A stretch of DNA of 63,970 nucleotides, the filler included, from Polymyxa betae A26-41 (taxonomy: Eukaryota; Protista; Endomyxa: Phytomyxea): the NCBI GenBank assembly GCA_003693705.1. It is 9 parts of 9 records of this genome, joined end to end, with 100 filler letters (N's around TTAATTAATTAA, not from the genome) between each part and the next. Parts side by side here need not be neighbours in the genome. Positions count along the whole stretch, not along the records: positions 1 to 4,404 come from RBZT01000443.1; positions 4,505 to 16,054 come from RBZT01000329.1; 7 more parts are not named here. One strand, 5' to 3'. Numbering within the stretch: position 1 is the first letter of the stretch; every line of letters starts with the position of its first letter. The position numbers were made by a program, and so were the translations under genes. The notes beneath the pieces are model-generated. The model made no database searches. It was not told the DNA's origin and saw only the letters and a list, made by a program, of their open reading frames with translations. This document shows, one piece after another, positions 1-9,917 of this stretch.

Positions 1-1046
1 TGAAGGGAGCGTGTTCGACAAACAGTTCACCACATTCAGCACTGAATTCGTTACAGAAAGCACCCAGCAGCCAAATTGCATTGTACGGAAACAGCAATGT
101 AGAATGTAATGACAGAGCCTCACTGTACGACCATGATATGGTTTAGAATAATGGATAATGACAAATCCCAAATCTTAAACAGGATAAAAGTTAACGAGCA
201 GCTCATGTTTACAAACAGGCACATCGAACACATCACAAGTTCACAACTGCAAAAGATTTCACAAAGCATACTTGAACAGAAAAACCAAAAACCAGAACCA
301 TCAGAAGTAAAGAGAGCGTACCAATTTGATAGGAGACGACGAACATCAATTCCCTCTAAAACTTGTTGATGCTGTTCATCGCAATCCTCAATAAAAGCAA
401 AGATTCGGACCAGCACGATAGCATCTTCGAACAGCTCGCGCTTGGGATGTTCCGATAAAAAAGTTTCGCAGAATGACATGAAGTCGGGCGATTGGGCCAA
501 CAAGTACATGTTATGATGATGGAAAATATGAGCCCACATCTGCGGCTCCATCAAGTTCAAGAAGCGGAGACGAGCCCGCTCACAATCTTGCAATGAGCTC
601 CGTTGTGCTAAAAGGACAGAGGTTTTTATCCAATATTTACCCGGAGAGCTGTACACAATATCCAGTTACTATAATGCTGCTGCATGAAAGCGAAACGATC
701 CACGAAAATCTCAATTCAACTTCAGCACAAAAACGAAGAACTTTGAGAGCCGGAAAAAAGACGGAAAAAAGAAGACATAGTTGGTGCAGGAGGGAGATCA
801 TAACAGTAGATGAAACACTCACCTTTGACCAAGATAGAGCTCCAGGGCTGTAGTATCGTCATCTGCAGATACAGACAGTGCGGATGGAGATAACTTCTCA
901 ATGATATTCTCGATATGCTTCCTGTCGCCTGGAAAACCCAGAGATATCAATCTCAAGAGCAGATTTCTTTCGTTCATGAGCGAATCGGCAAATAGGTCCC
1001 AGAATCGGACGGCCAAAATCGCAAAAGTCTGTTGTGAATCAGACAT
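1..1046 (-). CDS. Multi-exon protein-coding gene of unknown function (5' part; runs off the window start)
   Basis: ATG at 1046 (MSDSQQTFAILAVRFWDLF...), donor GTGAG at about 822 with a pyrimidine-rich acceptor, and further helical-looking coding blocks (ORF 120..656). No family recognised. Confidence 0.45.
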
Positions 1047-3637
1047 TCTCCTAAAGAATCAGTCAATAACGGGGTAGATGGGCTTCGATATCATATAAAC
1101 ATGCTGACAGAGCAAATTCCCAATAAAAGCTATACTGCCCCTCCTCCCCAAAAAAAACACTACTTAGTCATACCGGTCCATATCGAGGAGGCTCTCGACA
1201 ATCTCCTTGGTGGAGCCAGTGGTTGCTGCAAGATCAACGAGTCGTTGCAATATGATGTCTGGCTTAGTCCTGCGAATGTCGACAATGTCAATAATGGGCC
1301 AGTACTACAAAATTCGAGAGTTACGATTCTGAGATTATCTCCAATATCTGCGGATTATCAGGTCGTTCGTTATTGTCAATGTCTTGTTCGGCGCCCACAT
1401 CAGGGTCGGACCCGGATACAGTATAGATCGGTATTATCATGATCAGTACAGTCGTAATAACCAACCACAAACTTGTCATCATCATTATAGGTTCTAGACC
1501 ACCGGATTCTTCACGACGACGATGATCTGGTTACAACTTTGTGAGTAGTTAAATCTCGCACAAATTGGGATTGATCAAAACTCCGTGATACTGTACAACT
1601 TCGTTACATACTCGGGATATTTTCCTATCCGCAAGTGGATAGATGGGCTGCGCCTTCCGCCTCCCACCCTCGCATTTATTCCTTTCATGTCGATAAGACG
1701 ATAACTCGCTTCTATAACATGTCTTCTTGGAGGGTGTTTCAAGTACAAAAAATTGGGATTTTGCGTGTTTCTAGTATTACTGTAGAACGATAAAATAGGG
1801 ATAAAATAGAGATAATATAGAGATATTCACGGAATAGCCCAATGTCCACCACGAGCGAAAACGTCCTTCATGACAGGATTCGTCCAGATTGGCCCAAGCG
1901 AATTGACTGACCGCACCCAATTGTAAATGCCTTGAAGAGGGCTCGCGAAAGGACCTGATATCGATCTGTATTCCTTCTGTTAAGTAAAAGGACAGAGCAG
2001 ACCATGGCCTCTACAGAACTTCGGGCGGCCGATTATACCGATGCCACAAAAGTATTAATAATCAGCACGATTGCATTCTTAAGCAACTTCACTACTACTG
2101 AAACACTGTGTAAGATGCTTCAAACAAAAGTATTCAATGATTTTTTAATCGAATAATAATATTTTCTGACTGCAATTTCTATGGAATCACTGAAATTCCG
2201 CTCTTCAGTAAAATCACTTCATCACCTTCTGTCCTTGTCTCTAGATCAAAATGACGTGCCCTTTTCAGTCTTCACAGTTCGGGAAGGCCATTTCCGGACA
2301 GGACCTCGTTTATAGAAACCGCTCATGTGACACAATATAAGACAGAGAGTATATGTTGATACAAATGAGTGACATCCTGATAACAAACTCTCAATATCAT
2401 CATATAAATATTTAATCTACCATCGACGCTGAAGCGATTACGCTTCTGTCATTCTCAAATCGTGACCAACTTTAAAATCGTCCACTATGCTGACAGATAC
2501 TGGCTCCTAAAGTTTCTAAACTCAAGAAGCAGTCAGGAAGATCCCTAATTCAGCTACCGAAAGCAGAAGATCAGTATAATAACGAGTCGAGAATTTGAAC
2601 TTCATTGTTTCAGGTGAGTTTGCTACATTAACGCAGCTAGATATCATTCCCATAGAGTAATGTATCTCATCTGCAGACGCATGGCATTGCAGATTAATAA
2701 ACATACGTGATGAAGGTCGTTCTTCATTGCTCTTATAAAGTTGGTTATGTTGTCGACAAGTATTTTCGCTCTTGATGGAACTATCAAGTACCATTGTCAA
2801 AGCCGAAACTGTTGTTGTAGTCTCGTAAACGGCCTATTTCAGAGCCAAGGTGCTTCCCACAAGATATAAATCACCTGTTAAGTGTTCAGCATGATGTACA
2901 CATAGCAGACTCAAAAAGACTAAATTCGAAATATATTGCAAATTCGATGCTGCTGAGTACGATGAATTTTTCAAGCGTTGCGAGCGTCCCGGAAGGAATC
3001 GGCATTGAGTCTAAATGCCAGCCAAATGAGGTTTCTTAATATATAATAATTGTCAAAAAATTAGGGCTATCAACAGAATTTGTTTACTTGTACAATTATG
3101 GAGCAAAAGGATCCAGCTGCATCCATCTGACGACCGCGAGATCGAAGGTTTGATAAACAACGATATCGAGAGCAAGATGGAAGCGAGCGCCGTGAGCGAA
3201 TACGAGAAAGCGAGAAGCGCGACGGCGAAAGAGAACGAGACGAGCGTCGACAACAGAAAACGTTAAGCGACGAGCAGAATTTGTTCGCGCACAGCAATGT
3301 TTAAAGCACCAAGATATGAAACAAAAGATTCGACAATGAAGGCGGGTTTGGTAATTAGTTGCGCGAAAGATAATCTTGTTTTATTATATTTTTATTCATA
3401 AATTACGAATATCAGGCAGTGATGAAGTCCTCAACAGCGTGTTTGGAATGTTCCGAGACAACCAAAATATTAGTTTATCGGCCCGTACATGTATTTCATT
3501 AGAGGACTATCCACTGCTGTGAGTCCGCCACGGACGTGTTATCGCCCTGTAACGGTGTAACCTGTTACTACTTGGGTAGTTGTTGATTCATTTCCCATAT
3601 TGTTGTTGAAATCCCAACAACAATATCTCATAAGACG

Positions 3638-4404
3638 ATGATGAAGTATTCAATCTACGTCCTCATTGCTGTCTCTGTTCTCGCTTCTGGTCATGCTCGA
3701 CCGCCACTCTACAAGAAGCATCTTATGCGTCCAAACGCAAGCGAATATCCTCATGGAGACGATGAGAAATTCGATGCGATCATGAAAGACGTCGAATTTC
3801 CTCGAATTGCATCCATACTGGACCATGGCAGTCGCGCTATTGTATTCCATGGAATGTTCGGGGCTGGCAAATCATCCGTCATTGAGAGATTATCGCAAAT
3901 TCCCGATCTCGTAATCTCTTCTGGTCAAAATGTTGGCAACCATGCACAGCAGCAAGATCAAAAGGGGAAGAAAGCCATTGGACACACTACGTTGACAAAA
4001 CCTTATCTCATGCATGTTCCGCATCGTAATAAGTTTCTCCTAATCGACACTCCTGGGTTCGGAGAGAAGAATGATGCAATAAGAAAAGATGTTCTCGATG
4101 AGTCTGTAAAGGTCGTTAAGATCTTAAAAGATAATCAGATTCCTCTTGCTGGTATCTATTTCGTGATCGATCCTACTCCAAGAGATACAGTTGTCAAAAT
4201 CACATCGAATTTAGAGCTCATCAAGCTTTGTTATGGAGAAGATGCCGCTAAAAAGACTCGCATTGTCCTGAACAAAAGCGATCAACTAGCTAGAACTGGC
4301 AAAGTCTATATTGAGGGGGCACTTCAAACGACCCTTCAGAAAGATTTCAAATCTGTATTTGGAGTGAACTGTGAGAAGATCATCTTCATTTGCTCCGACA
4401 TTTA
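3638..4404 (+). CDS. Secreted P-loop GTPase (AIG1/MMR_HSR1-like TRAFAC G domain), 3'-truncated by contig end
   Basis: Hydrophobic N-terminus MMKYSIYVLIAVSVLASGHA; G1 GMFGAGKSS, G2 HTT, G3 DTPG, G4 NKSD in the correct order; intronless ORF. Confidence 0.85.
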
Positions 4405-4504
4405 NNNNNNNNNNNNNNNNNNNNNNNNNNNNNNNNNNNNNNNNNNNNTTAATTAATTAANNNNNNNNNNNNNNNNNNNNNNNNNNNNNNNNNNNNNNNN
4501 NNNN
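4405..4504. other. Artificial contig linker (N-TTAATTAATTAA-N, 100 bp)
   Basis: Six-frame-stop spacer. Identical linkers occur at 16055-16154, 19679-19778, 25782-25881, 37356-37455, 47425-47524, 58496-58595 and 60766-60865. Confidence 0.98.
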
Positions 4505-4734
4505 AACTGAAAAAGCGGAATTTGAATGCATCACCTGATCTGAGTGATTATCTCCGTGATTCTCTTCATCCAATATTATACTGTCTTGAACATCATTGTA
4601 ATAATGATGTCAATTATTTTTCTCATATATTTGGAGACTATATAGATCATTATCAATTTCAACGGAAATATTGTCCTGGACATAGTGGACAATGTCCTGC
4701 TCTATCTGCAATCAATTCTATTAAGAGTACTTAA
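4505..4734 (+). CDS. 3' end of a gene encoding the Cys/His domain shared with the 9918-12355 family
   Basis: DLSDYLRDSLHPILYCLEHHCNNDVNYFSHIFGDYI aligns with DLLKYLTDIVNPILICLQNYCNNDFNTFIKIFGDHI (ORF 12080..12355). Confidence 0.6.
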
Positions 4735-4906
4735 TCATTAAAGGATTCTTCATTGGATTGGATTGTAGTAGTTTTCGTCCTAGTTCGGGGCACCGACGGC
4801 GGAAGTCTATGGCTCTTTTGCTAATGATAAATCGGAGACTTACACCCTTGAAAAGAATTGACTGGTGTCAGCCTTTCGGAGTGCTAAAAGGAACAACCCT
4901 AGAATG

Positions 4907-5115
4907 AACTGAAGGAGCGGAATTTGAATCCATCACCTGATCTGAGTGATTATCTCCGTGATTCTCTTCATCCAATATTATACTGTCTTGAACATCATTG
5001 TAATAATGATGTCAATTATTTTTCTCATATATTTGGAGATTATATAGATCATTATCAATTTCAACAGAATCACTGTCCTGGACATACTGGATAATATCCT
5101 GCACTATCTGCTGTA
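4907..5115 (+). pseudogene. Direct duplicate of 4505-4710 with a premature TAA
   Basis: Near-identical copy of about 200 bp (aactgaa..gcggaatttgaat..catcacctgatctgagtgatt...), with ggaTAAtatcct replacing ggacaatgtcct. Confidence 0.8.
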
Positions 5116-5735
5116 AATTCTACCCAATTACTCATTCAGTAAACTTTGTGAGATAACTCCAATTTAGAACAGACTAGAAATCGTTCCGGACTCTTACTTT
5201 TGACTTAGTTTTTACGATGACGTTAATAATTTATAATCTATAGATCATATTCACTATCAAGAATATCACCTCTTGCCTTTCTCACAGGTTGTGGTGCCCT
5301 CCAGCGCTACTTTATGTCCGGGAGACGCGATAACAAGCAGCAGTTCGAGCAGTTTTGCGAATATCAACAGATGGATCTTCGGAAAACCAGCTTCCATACC
5401 TGCAGCGAATGGCGAAGTCAGTTGATCACCTACCCGGCGTCCAACATGCCGATTGATCAGCAATAAGAAAGCCTTGACGATGTAGGTGCTGATGACGACA
5501 CGGCAGGACGTGATCCAGAACCTCCATCTGTCATGATGTCGATATGCGTGAGCAGAAAGAATAGCTATCTAGAGTTCGAGCTTGAGATTGTTACAAACGT
5601 TCTGAAGTGAATTTATTGTTAATAAATTATAGTATTACCGGTAATTCATCGATCATCAGCCATACTGGCCCTTCACTAACCATTCATCCAGAATTGACTG
5701 GGAAACCCTTCCCTTGTTCCAGGAAACTATGACAA

Positions 5736-7480
5736 TCAAAAAACACCGATCTTATCACGTAAAATATAAAACCGGTTACCACCTAAGTCTTTTGTGAAAA
5801 TGTCAGCAATCACATCTTGCGTAGCGCAGAATTGTAGTTTGATGTCATTCTTCTTAACCTGATCTCGAACATAATGATAATGAATCTCAACATATTTGGA
5901 TCTCTTGGTGCTCATTATCTGCTCCGCAATCGAAATGCATGCTTGATTGTCCTCATTAATAATAACGGGGTGTAAAGGCTTTTGTCCTGGACGACTACCT
6001 AATAACTGGTTAAACCAAAACGCCTCCGCCGTTACCTCTGATAAAGAAATATACTCCGCTTCAGCCGTAGACCGCGATACACAGCCTTGCTTTTTTGAGT
6101 AATAAATTACAGATCCTCCATTAAGTAGAATTACTCCTCCTGAGATAGATTTTCGATCAGAAGAATCACCAGCAAAATCAGCGTCGCAATACACATCAAT
6201 TTTTCGATTATACTGGCCTTGGAAACAAATTCCATACGAAGAAATTCCTTTGAGATATCGTAAAATACGCTTTACCAATTTCACGTGACGCTCGTTGTAA
6301 TTAGAGACTGCCCGTGCTGCAACACTTACAGGATAACATATACCTGGTCTTGTGATATTCGCTAAGTATATAAAATGTCCAACAGCTTCCCTATATGGAA
6401 ATCCACTGCAGTCTGGTTGCTCATCATCAGTTAATGTTAAAAAATTAGCGAATGGTGTCTTGGCTGGTTTACAGTCTTGCACGCCGAATAGTTGTAGCAT
6501 TCTGTCAACCTTTGCTTTTTGAGACAGATGTAGTTTTCTATCTGGCCGATTTCTTGTAAGATGCATGCTTAATAAAAGCTTAGCTTCTCCCAAATCTTTA
6601 ACAGGAAGTTTGAAATTCGAATAAATCTCCGGTGCTAGTACACTCACATATAATATCATCAACATGAATTGCGCTGTTGGTTCCCACGAACGACAAACAG
6701 ATAGAATCAAAGAGTGATTTGTATCTAGGTCCAAACTAGCACGCAAACGTGCGGCCAGTAACAGCCACGATCACACTGAAAGCTGCAGCGAACATGCTGC
6801 CTTAAACAGGTCGCGCCTCGTCGCGGTCGCAACCCTCTAATATGCGCCCATAATATATCCACCATCGGGTTATGTCTTTAAAATAACGGACTTGTCAACT
6901 GGTACTGACTTATATCCGTCCCAATCTAATACGTCTAATAGATGCTTTTGTAGCTCTTTTGCGCCTTGTTTCAATCCGTACGGAACCTTATTAAGTTTAC
7001 AAACGTGGCTTCCAAATGTAGTCCCTGGCTCTAAGAATCCGGCCGGTTGTTCCATGAAAATGTCCATTTTGAGATCTTGGTGTTGTAACGCCGTTTCAAT
7101 GTGTAACTGGAATAATTCCAGATCTTCAGAAGCCGCAACAAATAAAATTGTCCGGATTGACCCCGCATGAGCAACGGGACTATATGTCTCCAAATAATCG
7201 CACACATATACTTGAGTAAATCCGCGTGCGACGAATCGTGCCTTAAATTCGACCACTTTGTTATTCTGGTCTCTTTTCCGCTTGAATACCTACCGGCTGT
7301 CGATGACCTTGCGATCCTCCGGTCTCCGAACGACCGACCACATATTATTCTTCATAAGTGCCTGGTACTCGGCCTTCATCGTTTTCTCCCAATCATCGGA
7401 ATCTTTGTCTTGCAGAGCTTGAACGCGATTTTTCGATTCATCAGTTTCTTGACAAATGACGATGTGAGACAAACGATGTA
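5736..7480 (-). mobile_element. Ty1/copia retrotransposon remnant (RT and RNase H)
   Basis: KFKARFVARGFTQ, YGLKQ, YREAVG, TRP, YCDADFAGD, STAEAEY, EDNQACI, ADIFTK motifs; stops and frameshifts present. Confidence 0.95.
6675..6842. mobile_element. Solo LTR (168 bp) inserted in the copia RT
   Basis: Termini TGTTGG...CTAATA (degenerate TG..CA), flanked by 5-bp TSD TGCGC (6670-6674 and 6843-6847). Removing it restores GAIHVDD. Confidence 0.85.
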
Positions 7481-7699
7481 AGTAGCAGAGTGAGATGGTT
7501 TAGTAGGATGCAAAGGTCAAAAATGGTCACCGAGGGCTCGGGGGCCAGTACGCCCCCGATCGGTTCGCCGGTACATAATCTGCCAGTCTCACTGGAAGGT
7601 TTCGTGAGATCATGCAGCTCAACAGAGGCCGTAAGCTTCAATCGGGATTCCTGGCAACGATCGGTCGATAAAGAGAGAAAGTTAAGGCTTCCGCTACCA

Positions 7700-7792
7700 G
7701 AGAGAGAGAGAGAGAGAGAGCTAGAGAGAGAGGGAGGGAGAGGGGGATTCACGGAGTATTATCCAGCTGTCGCCAGCTGTCGACAGATGGAA
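7700..7792 (+). promoter_or_regulatory. (GA)n tract plus conserved motif (CACGGAGTATT..CCAGCTG..GACAGATGGAAA) directly upstream of an ATG
   Basis: The same module occurs at 8735-8822 (reverse strand) and 9734-9840 (forward), each 5' of a coding fragment. Confidence 0.55.
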
Positions 7793-8086
7793 ATGCTTTG
7801 CCAAGCGGTTTCCTTCCTGATACTGAGCTTATCAGAGTGCTTGTTTGTATTCAGCTCTAATTCTGCAGACTGTCTTGAAGAGGCTCATGTTGGTGTCTCG
7901 CCTCTCGACCTCCAGGTTCCAGACACTGGAGTAAGATTGATCAGTTTAAAGAAGTTACATCATTTAACATGAATTATAGGAAACTATTCGCCATAATTCA
8001 TATTCAATCCACGACTACTCGGAACTTTCCTCTTTCAACAACCTCTTTGCTCCCTCATTTGATCCTAACCTGGATGTTGATTTTGA
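7793..8086 (+). pseudogene. Truncated copy (exons 1-2) of the secreted family gene at 9918-12355
   Basis: MLCQAVSFLILSLSECLFVFSS...CLEEAHVGVSPLDLQVPDTG | gtaag..ttatag intron | ETIRHNSYSIHDYSELSSFNNLF...DVDFD. Homology stops at the end of exon 2. Confidence 0.75.
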
Positions 8087-8255
8087 TAAGATTTTGCTCG
8101 CCCGGGTCTGGAGCATCAGCGAGCTAGTGGGGTAACATGGCAAATTGTGATCGAGGGGCGTTGTTTTTGGCGAAGATGTATGTGATGGTTTGATGGACTC
8201 CGTACCACAGGGCGATGTTGGGGGCGTCGCGGCGGGTGTTGGCTGATGTAAGGGC

Positions 8256-8435
8256 GCGCAGTTCACCGTCCTGTATCACCGCAGTGCTCCACTGCAGACG
8301 CGCAGTTCACCGTCCTGTATCACCGCAGTGCTCCACTGCAGACGCGCAGTTCACCGTCCTGTATCACCGCAGTGCTCCACTGCAGACGCGCAGTTCACCG
8401 TCCTGTAATCACCGCAGTGCTCCACTGCAGACGCA
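8256..8435. repeat. Minisatellite, 44-bp unit x4
   Basis: gcgcagttcaccgtcctgtatcaccgcagtgctccactgcagac repeated head-to-tail with no spacers; the fourth copy has a 1-bp insertion. Confidence 0.97.
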
Positions 8436-9917
8436 TCATGAGGAGTCATGAGCGTCGCATAATCAATTAAATTCCAGTCGAGGATTTCTGCACGGATCTA
8501 GGTTGGGTCAGCCTGGAAGGTTTTGCCGTAGTTGAGGTTGGACTTCTTAGCTGACGCGAGCTCTGTCTTCAGAGCTTCGACTTCACCGATGAGGGCTCTT
8601 TCTCTCTTCATCGCCGCATCCTGGTTAACTTTCTCTCTCTTCATGGTCAGAAAGTTCTCTCCATTTCCTCGATTGCCTTGTCAATGATGGCTTGGATGTC
8701 GCTGACATGATGGTTTGATGCGCTTTGTCGGGACTTCTGTCGACACGCACTTTTCCATCTGTCCACAGCTGGCAATACTCTGTGGATCTTTCTCTCTCTC
8801 TCTCTCTCTCTTCCTCTCTCTCGCTATCAATTACGATCTGTTTTTTCAAATACAGCGATCACCATGCCAATGATATCTAAATCATCCACTGTTTCTTGAA
8901 AGGACAACGCGACTCTTTTCTGTGGGCGCTAGCCTCGATACCATTCGCTCGAAACTGTGAACAATTTTCGTCCCTTTTCGAACGTTTGCTCAGATTAAGA
9001 ATATTTAACTGAGTTCGAGATATGATCGGGCTTCGCAGATACTCCTTGAAGCCAGAGACGCTCAGTTCATCACGGTTCGGCAGGTGTGCATTGAAAAAAT
9101 GAACAGTAAAAGTTGTTTCCGCTCTTTGATTCCAATTTCGTGATTCTGTAGCCGATACTACCGGGATCGTATCCGGTTTTGGCACCCGACCGGAGACTTC
9201 CGATCGGAGCCCTAGGTAGTGATTGGGATCAATGTGTCGAGGGGCATGCCCATCTAGTTGTTCTCGGTCATTAACTCTTGTTCAATAAAAGCATCCAAAA
9301 ACATTTCTAAAATTTGAAAAGTCTAAACTTATTCGTTCAATTTTTGAATTATATTTTGATTCATAAAAAGCAAAGCTCATAATTTATGTCTTGTGACATA
9401 CAAATTCAACGCTAAAATAAATTTCAATTTGTTTATTAAATGCCTTAATAAATGAAACTGCAGAAAAACCATTCTACTTCTTTTGTATTCAGAAACCTCT
9501 TTTTGATATCGCAACCTTTAATACAAAAAACTCAAGACAGCATTCTAATAAATCTAATTGTGAAATTTAAAAAAACGATAGCAAGAGTTATCAGCAGAGA
9601 ACAGAATGTTTGCATTCATAGCTAGGGTAGATAGGAGCATTTCGAGCTTATCCCAACGCTTGTGCAAATGCCCACATGACTGTTGACTCTATGGAGAAGA
9701 GAGCGGATTGATACAGAGCAAGGGACACATGACAAGAGAGAGAGAGATAGAGAGAGATAGAGTAATTCACGGAGTATTTCCATTTGTTGACCAGCTGGCG
9801 AAAGACGGAAAAGTGCGTGGCGGTCGACAGACAGAAAAAGTTTGAAGTTTCCACGCTTTGTCTACGCCAAAATATCGCATCGCCTCTGTTCGGCTATCAG
9901 ACTTCATTGGCCTTGAA

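Noticed and set aside
1417-1595. Tc1-like MITE (TA|CAGTAT...ATACTG|TA)
   Set aside because: Only 6 bp of inverted identity, which is compatible with chance.
3638-4734. GTPase fused to the Cys/His domain
   Set aside because: The two parts are separated by a linker and belong to different contigs.
8256-8435. CRISPR array
   Set aside because: Units are head-to-tail with no unique spacers, there are no cas genes, and the context is eukaryotic. The same applies to 38802-39052 and 42973-43132.
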